Positions 1-8,220 of a stretch of 20,524 nt of DNA are shown piece by piece. The stretch lies in the NCBI GenBank assembly GCA_964632315.1, contig CAZWEM010000060.1, positions 1 through 20,524 on the forward strand, in the 5' to 3' direction. The translations under genes were made by a program, and so were the position numbers. A model generated the notes under the pieces. It was not told the DNA's origin and did no database searches. It saw only the letters and a program-made list of their open reading frames with translations. The DNA is from an uncultured archaeon (GTDB lineage Archaea > Asgardarchaeota > Lokiarchaeia > Sigyniarchaeales > SOKP01). The first letter of the stretch is position 1; each line of letters begins with the position of its first letter.

Positions 1-328
1 TTGATGTTTCCAAGGTTGGAGTCAAACTAATCGCACTTGCATCATTTATGAGGATGTCAATCCCTCCAAATTCTTTAATAGTTGCATCAACGGCAGTTTT
101 AACTTGCTCTTCGAAGCGTATATCCGCAATACAAGCAAGTCCCTTACCCCCCACTTTATTAATTTCTTCTACTGCTGTATACACCGTACCAGGGAGTTTT
201 GGATGTGGTTCCTTAGTCTTTGCTACAACTGAAATATTAGCTCCATCCTTCGCAGCTCTAATTGCGATTGCTTTACCTATACCTCTACTCGCACCGGTAA
301 TGAAGAGAGTTTTTCCTTTTAAATTCAA
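1..328 (-). CDS. HSDL2-like short-chain dehydrogenase/reductase, N-terminal part (runs off the window start)
   Basis: Not in the ORF track. Manual minus-strand translation gives (M)NLKGKTLFITGASRGIGKAIAIRAAKDGANISVVAKTKEPHPKLPGTVYTAVEEINKVGGKGLACIADIRFEEQV...FGGIDILINDASAISLTPTLET, with the TGxxxGIG Rossmann motif and the HSDL2-typical AKTxEPHPKLPGT. Start is TTG at 328 or GTG at 340. Confidence 0.9.
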   Translation of the reverse strand, partial: MNLKGKTLFITGASRGIGKAIAIRAAKDGANISVVAKTKEPHPKLPGTVYTAVEEINKVGGKGLACIADIRFEEQVKTAVDATIKEFGGIDILINDASAISLTPTLETS

Positions 329-416
329 CTTAATTATCACTTTAATATAATTAAATAAAATTTCGAAAGCGTGATAATTATGTCTTATTCTTATTTTTTA
401 AAAATCAAAAGACAAC

Positions 417-1001
417 TCATTTTGTTAAAATGGAATTATTTAAGTTTTTAACCAAGAATTCAACCCTTTTTTTTTCCTTGAGTGAAAGTAATTTTCCATA
501 TCCAGTTTTAATGGTGGTTCCACAATAAGAATTTCCGCAAAAGGTACTAGCTTTCTTAATGATATTTAACAAGTATGATTTATCACCTAAATGAAGATAA
601 ATTGAGATATCATTTATGATCAAAAAATCAGTTGTCTTCTGATTGAATATCTCAAGAGCTTTTGACGTGATTTTGTAGTTATGGCATATATTTTCAAATA
701 ATTCTTTATTATTTCGTGCTTTTAAGCGAGCAGGTATGATTTCTCCTCTTAATCGAATCTCCCTACATTCAAAGCTTTTATTAGAAAAATCATTGATTTT
801 ACCCCCAATTTTCAAACCATTAATCAACATTAATTCGGGAGCAAAATCCAGAATAGAAATTTCTTTAGGATTAATATCTTGATAATCTATCAGGTAATCA
901 ATAAATTTTGCGGTATAATAGGTTTTCTTGGTATTGGTCTCGCCATAAAATAGCGTATAATTCCCTATAAAATCTTTATATTCAAAATCATCCATTCTCA
1001 T
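417..1001 (-). CDS. Uncharacterised P-loop-like protein (HerA/DUF87-like) with degenerate Walker A
   Basis: TLFYGETNTKKT occupies the hhhhGxxxxGKT position; ILDFAPE and a Walker-B-like FLIINDISIYLH follow; 10 nt downstream of thiW. Confidence 0.55.
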   Translation of the reverse strand: MRMDDFEYKDFIGNYTLFYGETNTKKTYYTAKFIDYLIDYQDINPKEISILDFAPELMLINGLKIGGKINDFSNKSFECREIRLRGEIIPARLKARNNKELFENICHNYKITSKALEIFNQKTTDFLIINDISIYLHLGDKSYLLNIIKKASTFCGNSYCGTTIKTGYGKLLSLKEKKRVEFLVKNLNNSILTK

Positions 1002-1011
1002 ATCTAAAGTA

Positions 1012-1596
1012 TTAGTTCATAAATGTTTCTCTCGTATATCCCCCCTTTTTGAGGAGTTTCAGTATGATAAATCCTAAAATACATCCTACAGCAGAACTCC
1101 CAAAAAATAAAGACCAATAAAAAATTAGACCTGCGAGGGAAAATGAACCATAGAAAGGTAGAATGAGTTCTGCTATAGTACCACCAATAAATACCGTGCC
1201 AAGAGGTTCGGTGAAAGCAGCATACTCCACGTAGTTAGGTTTCTTTTTAGCGAGAATGTAAGCTACAATAGAAACGACTAGCGCACCAGAAATTCCACCA
1301 TGAAACGCGTGAATTGTTCCGATACCAATTGAAAATCGGATGATTGCTATACCAGTAGCGGTAATTACTGAAAATAATAACCCGATTAAAACCCCACTTA
1401 AAGCGTTTATCAAATGAGCGAACGGATTTATTTTTGTTCCAAATAACAAAAAATATCCAAATGGATTAAGAGCACTTAAAACTACTCCGACTGCGATAAA
1501 GATTGCGGTAGTACCAATTAGTAAAGTAACTTTTTTTAAGGGAACCTTCCTACTTTCTTCCTTTTCTTCTTCTTCAGACATTATATCTTCAGACAT
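1012..1596 (-). CDS. thiW: Energy-coupling factor transporter S component ThiW (thiamine-precursor uptake)
   Basis: About 5-6 hydrophobic segments; TAIFIAVGVVLS, PFAHLINALSGVLIG, GTIHAFHGGISGA and EPLGTVFIGG match the ThiW pattern. Confidence 0.8.
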   Translation of the reverse strand: MSEDIMSEEEEKEESRKVPLKKVTLLIGTTAIFIAVGVVLSALNPFGYFLLFGTKINPFAHLINALSGVLIGLLFSVITATGIAIIRFSIGIGTIHAFHGGISGALVVSIVAYILAKKKPNYVEYAAFTEPLGTVFIGGTIAELILPFYGSFSLAGLIFYWSLFFGSSAVGCILGFIILKLLKKGGYTRETFMN

Positions 1597-1715
1597 TAAG
1601 AGAACCTATTTATCGTGAAGTTTAAAATTTAATTCTAACTTTAATATTCATAATAAACCTATTGTATTAAATGATATTGCTATTATCTTAATTATTATAA
1701 TGGTTGTCTAGTCAG

Positions 1716-2390
1716 ATGAGAATTGGAGATATCCTGATAAATCCTTCAAAAATTATCTGTGTAGGAACAAACTACATGGACCACATAGAGGAAACCAAAA
1801 TGGACATTCCCAAAGAACCAGTTATCTTCCCAAAGACTTTAAATTGCTTGATTGGCCAAAATCAACCTATTATTTATCCTAAAATTCTCTATGAAAATAA
1901 AAAGTTAAATCGAGTAGATTACGAAGTTGAGTTGGCATTCATAATTAAAGATAGATGCAAGAATGTTATAAAATCCGAAGCTTATCAGCATATTCTCGGA
2001 TATACAGTATTTAATGATATCACCGCTCGGAAAATGCAAGTAAAGGATATTGTTTCAAAATTACCATGGTTTCGTTCCAAATCTTTTGACACTTTTAGTC
2101 CGATTGGTCCTAAAATTGTCCAACATGGGGAGATCCTTGATCCACATGACCTAAAAATTGAGTTAAGGCAAAATGGGGAAACTAAACAGAAGTCAAATAC
2201 TAAATTTCTTCTCTTCAAGATACCCCAACTCTTAGAATATATTTCTAAATTTTTTACTTTAGAACCGGGAGATATAATTGCGACGGGTACTCCCGCAGGA
2301 ATTGGACCAATACAACCTGGCGACATTATTGAAGCAGAAATAGAAAAAATAGGTATTTTGAGAAATTATGTAAAATTGGAGGAGATTTAA
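1716..2390 (+). CDS. Fumarylacetoacetate hydrolase family protein (FAHD-like), paralogue 1
   Basis: KIICVGTNYxxH, EPVIFPK, DYEVEL, NDITAR, KSFDTFSPIGP, GDIIATGTPAG. ATG 1716 is preferred over TTG 1704 because it aligns with the start of paralogue 2. Confidence 0.93.
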   Translation: MRIGDILINPSKIICVGTNYMDHIEETKMDIPKEPVIFPKTLNCLIGQNQPIIYPKILYENKKLNRVDYEVELAFIIKDRCKNVIKSEAYQHILGYTVFNDITARKMQVKDIVSKLPWFRSKSFDTFSPIGPKIVQHGEILDPHDLKIELRQNGETKQKSNTKFLLFKIPQLLEYISKFFTLEPGDIIATGTPAGIGPIQPGDIIEAEIEKIGILRNYVKLEEI

Positions 2391-2395
2391 CTATA

Positions 2396-3070
2396 ATGAA
2401 AATTGAGAATATTAGTATAAATCCCACGAAAATAATATGCCTTGGAAGAAATTACGTAGATCATATAAAGGAAATGAATGCTCCTTTTCCTAAAGAACCC
2501 GTATTTTTTGGCAAAACCATAAACACGCTAATAACAGATAATAAACCAATAATATATCCAAAGATATTATATAAAGATGAAGTGAATAAAAGGGTAGATT
2601 ATGAAGTTGAATTAGCCTTTATAATTTCCAAGAATTGCAAAAATGTAAGTAAACAGAATGCTTACGACTTTATTTTTGGCTATTCTGTATTTTTAGATAT
2701 GACTGCTAGAAATATGCAAGTAAATGATAGGAACATAAAACTTCCTTGGTATCGTTCTAAAAATTTTGATACATTTGGTCCAATAGGCCCTAAAATTGTT
2801 TCTCATGATGAGATATCAGATCCTCATAATTTAAATATTGAGTTAAAGGTTAACGGAGAAATTCGTCAATCTTCAAATACTAAATATTTGCTTTTCAAAA
2901 TACCAGATATTATTGAATATATTAGTCAATTTTTAACTTTAGAGGAAGGAGACATTGTTGCTACAGGCACTCCAGGAGGAGTGGGAGCAATTCTTCCAGG
3001 GGATAAGATTGAGGCATCGATTGAGATGATTGGGACGATAACTCACTTGATAGTTATGGAAGGTGCTTAA
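2396..3070 (+). CDS. Fumarylacetoacetate hydrolase family protein (FAHD-like), paralogue 2
   Basis: KIICLGRNYxxH, DYEVEL, DMTAR, KNFDTFGPIGP, GDIVATGTPGG; starts 5 nt after paralogue 1. Confidence 0.93.
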   Translation: MKIENISINPTKIICLGRNYVDHIKEMNAPFPKEPVFFGKTINTLITDNKPIIYPKILYKDEVNKRVDYEVELAFIISKNCKNVSKQNAYDFIFGYSVFLDMTARNMQVNDRNIKLPWYRSKNFDTFGPIGPKIVSHDEISDPHNLNIELKVNGEIRQSSNTKYLLFKIPDIIEYISQFLTLEEGDIVATGTPGGVGAILPGDKIEASIEMIGTITHLIVMEGA

Positions 3071-3206
3071 AACTAAATTCTTCCCTCTTATTTTTTTCCA
3101 TTAAAATATTTTGCTAGTGTGGCAAACTTAGAATAAATTTGCATTGAAGTTCTTTATAATATTTGATAAGTGAAATGTTTTTTATGGTAAATTATATATC
3201 TTTAAT

Positions 3207-3407
3207 ATGGATCAACAAATATCTGCTGAAATGAAAGCGGAAATCTATAATCTAATGTCCACTCCCGGTGTTGAAGTTAACGATGTTTTAACCACAATAA
3301 ACAATAAGTTTGGATCAAAATTGGATTATGATACTCTCATGGAATTCTTATCGGATGAATATTACAGATGCAATTTTGATCATGGACGCAGGTTATGTTG
3401 CAGATAA
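3207..3407 (+). CDS. Small hypothetical protein (66 aa), possibly helical/HTH-like, with a Cys-containing C-terminus
   Basis: ATG-started ORF with protein-like composition in otherwise very AT-rich intergenic DNA; TATA-like tracts upstream; ends RCNFDHGRRLCCR. Confidence 0.6.
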   Translation: MDQQISAEMKAEIYNLMSTPGVEVNDVLTTINNKFGSKLDYDTLMEFLSDEYYRCNFDHGRRLCCR

Positions 3408-3599
3408 ATTTAGATGATTCTTATTGTATTACTAGCTAAATTTGGTGTACTTTTTCATTTAAATTTTAATTATTTAATCTTGAACACCAAATTTCGTAAT
3501 TAAATCTATGATTTCCTATCCTATTACAAATCAAATAGAGAGATTTATCTGCTTCTGTTAAAAGAAAAAAATTTAAAATAGAAATAAAAAAAAGAAATT

Positions 3600-6554
3600 T
3601 TAGAAATTATTCATAAAGATTTTATACAGACAATTTATAAGACTGATCTTCAGATAGACATTTTTGAAATATATCATTGCTTTTTCATATTGTCCCTCAG
3701 AGACTTTTAACAATGCTTTGTCAAAATTTTTCACAGCTTTAATAACAAACCTGTTGTTTTCACCCACCAAGCCAATTGCTACTTTAATTGCTGCCTCAAC
3801 CAGCTCCTGAACCATATTAATTGTATTTTTGATATTCGATTGAACATTTGCTCCATCATCTTGAGCATCCATTAGATGTATTATTGCTTTATGGATTTTC
3901 AGCAATCCGAGATAGAATCTGTCTTCATTGAATTGATCTAAAGCTTTTTGTAAAGCTATAAGCGCTTTATTTACATCTTTTTGAGCATGATGAGGAACAT
4001 CAAGAGTCTGAAGATCTTGAATTATTTTTTCTGTAATTGCTGACGGAGATTTGTCAATTTCAAAAACAACGACTAATACCGGTTCGATATTTCCTGCGAT
4101 ATCGCTACTTCTAAAGTAAAATTCATAGTTTCCACTTTCAATAAGGAGTAGAGGATCAGTATAATCGTTCCAAGTGGACCCATCAATACTATATTCAATG
4201 TTATCCACTCCAGAATCAGCATCAAATGCATTTAATTCTAACATCACGTCAGAAATATACCAATCTCCCGTTCCTTGGGCACCTGTGATTACACATGTAG
4301 TTTCGGGATGGATTGTATCAATTTTTACTTCCGCAATTTGTGGATTATCATAATTCCCTGCATTATCTGCAGAACCATAACCAAATATTTTTGACTCTAT
4401 TAATGTAAATGGTCCAGTATACGGAATAGTTGTTATAAGATCAAAACTATATCCTGAACCTGCCACACCAGAGTTATCATCGGTTGCTACTAAAGTCACG
4501 AGAACTTCTGAGGTAAACCAACCGTTCAATCCTTCTTCTCCAGAAATAATCGCTTGAGTAACTGGTGGAATCTTATCAATTAATATATCTACACTGTTTG
4601 GTATTTCATAGTTCCCATTATAATCTACTGATGCATAATAAAGTGTCTTTGATTCGGTTATTAAGATTTCCTCTGTATATAAAGTCCAATTAACGCCATC
4701 AAAACTGAATCCGATCATATATACACCAGAAAGATCATCATATGCATCCAATGTCACGAGAACATCTGATTGAAACCACCCATTCCAACCCCAAACACCA
4801 TCGAGATTAGAAATGTAGGTCACTGGAGGAGTCGTGTCAACTTCTTCATGAGAAACTCCGGTAACTCCAAGGAAATTTAGCTTTCTCATTGAGTTCATTT
4901 GAAATCCCTGAATTTCACTATTGTACCATATATGATTCATAGGAACATATCCAAATGCATATGGAAAATCCTCTTCTACAAGTAATTGTTGAATTCGAGA
5001 ATAATACTGTACTCGTAAACTATGATCTGTTTCTATTAGTGCGGCTTCCATTAGTAATTGGACATTATCTTCTAAAATGTAAGGATTTCTTCCTGCTTCT
5101 ACGGCAGCGTTAAAACCATTATACCGTGCTAAAGTTGAGGTCCTATTTGTATAAAGATTATTTATGTAATCACTTGGATCGTTATAATCTGCAGCCCATC
5201 CGAGCCAATATAGCTGTAGCATATCTCGATTATAAGGTTCATAGTCTTGAAACTTAGATTCGAATTCCCAATACTCCACAGCAGCCTCTTGAACATCAAT
5301 TCCAATTTTCCCTAAATTATCTACTAAGAGATAATAAATATCCTCTCGAATTTGACTACCAATATTATAAGTGTAGTTTAGACTCAGAAAAGTGGAAGCT
5401 TCCCAAACACTGTCATCATATAAATTTAATCCAGCTCCTAATCCCATGCTTTGCATTACTGTTCTTGCATGAATAATATCTGTTGTTGGTACATTGAAGC
5501 TATCATCAGAAAAGGCAATACCATTTGGAATAGGTGATTTTAATCGGGTACATTCTCCACCATAAATATCATTCATCAGATATTCATAATCAATGGCATA
5601 ACTAATTGCTTCCCTAAGATCTCTATCAATAAAATGATTATTCATGACAATAAACATTGTCATGGTGCTTCCAATTGAATCTAATACATAAGCAGGGTCT
5701 CCCTCAAATTCTCCTCTTCTAAAGGTGGGAGGATCTAAAATCATATGTAGCTCTCCAGAAGCTAGAAGATCAGCTTGTTCATTCCCATCATAGATATATT
5801 TGAATAGTAAGTGGTCAATCTCAGGCCTTCCATTCCAATAATTATCGAATGCACTAAAACTTGTTACCATACCATCGTAGTATTCAAATACAAAAGGTCC
5901 TGTTCCTATTATTGGCCCTGAATATACATCAATTATGTCCTCTAGTGGAGTAGATGTTGGTGATAAAATAAACGATGATTCAAACGCTAATAATGTTTCA
6001 AATAAACCATATTGAATATTTAATTCAAATTCTACCAAATATTCACTTACAACATTAACAGCATTTATAATTGGTATCATTTCATCAGTCAAGTAGTCAT
6101 AATATTTATATAAATTCTCAGTTAATAGCATTCCATTATCCATAAAATACTGGAGTCTGTCAAATGTAAATTTAACGGCATATGCATCAAAATGGGTCTC
6201 ATCATGAAATTCAACATCTTGTCTTAATTCAACTGTGTAAAGATTTCCATTCCATGTACCATGGTCTACAGCAAGTTGTGGAACTATTGCTAAATTTGGA
6301 TCAGAATAATCAAATCCAAATAACCCTTCAGCAATTTGATCAATTACATCGAAAGACCCTAATCTATACGTATAAAGTGGATCAAGGTCAGTAAATCCAG
6401 ATGCGGTTCCAACGAATAGGACATTTTCATTTTGAGACAACTTAAGATTTTTTTCATTAATTTTAAGCTCTCTTGGTTGATAAACAAATGCCACTAAAAC
6501 TGTCAAAGCTAAAATTGTTGATACAAGTTTTATTTTTCTATTTTTGATAATAAT
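3600..6554 (-). CDS. Family-5 (oligopeptide/nickel-type) ABC solute-binding protein fused to three Ig-like repeats and a C-terminal helical domain
   Basis: LDP..., IAEGLF, PQLA, LRQDVEFHDETHFDAYAVKFTFDR, IGTGPF, LREAISYAID, LGWAADYNDP are SBP_bac_5 motifs; three DxxPPxT...GWF repeats follow. The track starts at TTG 6506, but the frame is open to 6554 and adds a signal-peptide n-region (see findings). Confidence 0.88.
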   Translation of the reverse strand: MIIKNRKIKLVSTILALTVLVAFVYQPRELKINEKNLKLSQNENVLFVGTASGFTDLDPLYTYRLGSFDVIDQIAEGLFGFDYSDPNLAIVPQLAVDHGTWNGNLYTVELRQDVEFHDETHFDAYAVKFTFDRLQYFMDNGMLLTENLYKYYDYLTDEMIPIINAVNVVSEYLVEFELNIQYGLFETLLAFESSFILSPTSTPLEDIIDVYSGPIIGTGPFVFEYYDGMVTSFSAFDNYWNGRPEIDHLLFKYIYDGNEQADLLASGELHMILDPPTFRRGEFEGDPAYVLDSIGSTMTMFIVMNNHFIDRDLREAISYAIDYEYLMNDIYGGECTRLKSPIPNGIAFSDDSFNVPTTDIIHARTVMQSMGLGAGLNLYDDSVWEASTFLSLNYTYNIGSQIREDIYYLLVDNLGKIGIDVQEAAVEYWEFESKFQDYEPYNRDMLQLYWLGWAADYNDPSDYINNLYTNRTSTLARYNGFNAAVEAGRNPYILEDNVQLLMEAALIETDHSLRVQYYSRIQQLLVEEDFPYAFGYVPMNHIWYNSEIQGFQMNSMRKLNFLGVTGVSHEEVDTTPPVTYISNLDGVWGWNGWFQSDVLVTLDAYDDLSGVYMIGFSFDGVNWTLYTEEILITESKTLYYASVDYNGNYEIPNSVDILIDKIPPVTQAIISGEEGLNGWFTSEVLVTLVATDDNSGVAGSGYSFDLITTIPYTGPFTLIESKIFGYGSADNAGNYDNPQIAEVKIDTIHPETTCVITGAQGTGDWYISDVMLELNAFDADSGVDNIEYSIDGSTWNDYTDPLLLIESGNYEFYFRSSDIAGNIEPVLVVVFEIDKSPSAITEKIIQDLQTLDVPHHAQKDVNKALIALQKALDQFNEDRFYLGLLKIHKAIIHLMDAQDDGANVQSNIKNTINMVQELVEAAIKVAIGLVGENNRFVIKAVKNFDKALLKVSEGQYEKAMIYFKNVYLKISLINCLYKIFMNNF
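4050..4838 (-). repeat. Three tandem ~86-aa Ig-like beta-sandwich repeats inside the SBP gene
   Basis: DTTPPVT..GWNGWFQSDVLVTLDAYDDLSGV / DKIPPVT..GLNGWFTSEVLVTLVATDDNSGV / DTIHPET..GTGDWYISDVMLELNAFDADSGV. The DNA 11-mer gtcacgagaac recurs at 4495 and 4753 (258 nt apart). Boundaries approximate. Confidence 0.85.
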
Positions 6555-6870
6555 TTATCTCACCCTTTTTCAAGTATGTAGTACATTTTTGGTAAATTTT
6601 TCGTTAATGTAAATCTATTCTGAGACCATATTTAAAGATTAATTTACAATTTACCGGTAAAATCCAAATTTTAATGGTAGAACATGGAAAATTTTAGTAA
6701 AAACAGCCAATATAATCATCTACTTAAAGCTAAAATTAAATATTGTATAGAAACGAAAAAAAATTGGAAATATCGGTTGAATTCCACAAAGTTTATTTTT
6801 TCAAAATCATTTCTACCAATTACTAAGCCAAAATATTATTCTTAATGACTTAGGACGCAAATTGATGCGG

Positions 6871-6895
6871 TTTCGATATATAATAGATATCGAAA
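6871..6895. promoter_or_regulatory. Perfect 9-bp inverted repeat enclosing a TATA-like tract upstream of rpl11
   Basis: tttcgatat-ataatag-atatcgaaa, about 90 nt before the rpl11 GTG; function inferred only. Confidence 0.4.
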
Positions 6896-6986
6896 ATGGT
6901 AAAAACAAATAAATTCGCGTTCTTAACTTTTAGAATATATTTTGAACATAATTCGAATTCAAAAAAACGAAATTCGGTGAAATTAA

Positions 6987-7484
6987 GTGAGTAAGAAAGG
7001 AACAGTGACTGTAAAAGCACTTGTGACAGGTGGAAGTGCTTCAGGAGGTCCTCCAATTGGTCCCGCCGTGGGACCCACAGGAATAAACATTAAAGATGTA
7101 GTTGATGCAGTTAATGAAAAGACTATGATATTTAAGGGTTTGACAGTTCCAGTTAGAATTGAATGTGATCCAGAAACAAAGCAATTTGAGATATTTGTCG
7201 AAACTCCATCTACAGCTTCCCTTCTTTTAAAAGAACTAAATGCTGAAAAAGGAACTGCTGCTTCGGGTGAACAAAAGACAGGTGATCTGAGCATTGAACA
7301 ATTATTAAATGTAGTAGAAGCAAAGAAAGAAATTTTCTTAGATAAAACTTATAATGCAGCAGTTAAATCAGTACTGGGAACTGCATTATCAATCGGAGCG
7401 ACTGTTGAAGGGGAAGATCCTCGAGTCATTCAAAAGCGCGTTGATGAGGGATTTTATGATGATAAAGTCAAGGGGGAGATGTAA
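6987..7484 (+). CDS. rpl11: 50S ribosomal protein L11 (uL11)
   Basis: GGSASGGPPIGPAVGPTGINI, VETPSTASLL, VLGTALSIGATVEG; GGTGA Shine-Dalgarno at 6977-6981 before the GTG. Confidence 0.97.
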   Translation: MSKKGTVTVKALVTGGSASGGPPIGPAVGPTGINIKDVVDAVNEKTMIFKGLTVPVRIECDPETKQFEIFVETPSTASLLLKELNAEKGTAASGEQKTGDLSIEQLLNVVEAKKEIFLDKTYNAAVKSVLGTALSIGATVEGEDPRVIQKRVDEGFYDDKVKGEM

Positions 7485-7487
7485 TGC

Positions 7488-8216
7488 ATGAAAGTAGATG
7501 ATAGATTACTTAAGAAGTCCTTAGATGCTACACTCAAACGCTCAGTAATTAAAAAAGAGGGTTTCAAGGATAAAACTCGAAATTTTGATGAAAGTATTGA
7601 TTTCATTATCAATTTTAAGGATATCAATTTAAATGATCCAAAACAGAGGATTGATAAGGAAATCATTTTGCCTAATGAAGTAATCACCTCTAAGTTACCA
7701 AATGTTTGCGTTATTGCGTCTGATGAAATACTATTACAAGCTAAAAATATGGGATTAGAGACTATTGATGGTGATGAATTAGTAAAAATAAATAATGAAG
7801 AAAAAAAGTATAAGAAAAAATTAGCGAAGAAATACGACTATTTCATTGTTGAAGATAAAATGATGCCTAACGTGGCAAGATACTTGGCTCGATTTTTAGG
7901 TCCGATAGGAAGGATGCCTAAACCATTTCCTAGTGGTTATGGGATTATCTCAAATCCAGATGAATTACAGACAGCAGTTGAGCGATATCTAAAGATTATT
8001 CGAATTCAATTGAAAAAACAACCTATTGTTCAAGTGAAAATAGGTAAAAGGTCAATGGATAAAGACAAGATATTCGAGAATTTAAAAACCGTTGTCGATT
8101 ATGTTGCTGATCAGATGCCGCATAAATATAATAACATAAAATCGATGTTTCTGAAGACTACAATGGGCCGTCCAGTAAAAATTGATGAGCAATTTTTAAA
8201 AGCAATAGAGGTGTGA
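7488..8216 (+). CDS. rpl1: 50S ribosomal protein L1 (uL1), archaeal type
   Basis: RNFDESIDFIINFKDI, LGPIGRMPKP, NIKSMFLKTTMGRPVK; follows rpl11. Confidence 0.96.
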   Translation: MKVDDRLLKKSLDATLKRSVIKKEGFKDKTRNFDESIDFIINFKDINLNDPKQRIDKEIILPNEVITSKLPNVCVIASDEILLQAKNMGLETIDGDELVKINNEEKKYKKKLAKKYDYFIVEDKMMPNVARYLARFLGPIGRMPKPFPSGYGIISNPDELQTAVERYLKIIRIQLKKQPIVQVKIGKRSMDKDKIFENLKTVVDYVADQMPHKYNNIKSMFLKTTMGRPVKIDEQFLKAIEV

Positions 8217-8220
8217 GTGA

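Noticed and set aside
48-350. 100-aa plus-strand ORF
   Set aside because: Antisense shadow of the HSDL2-like SDR on the minus strand.
1597-1703. TPP riboswitch upstream of thiW
   Set aside because: Only about 107 nt of very AT-rich DNA; no CUGAGA core or GC stems.
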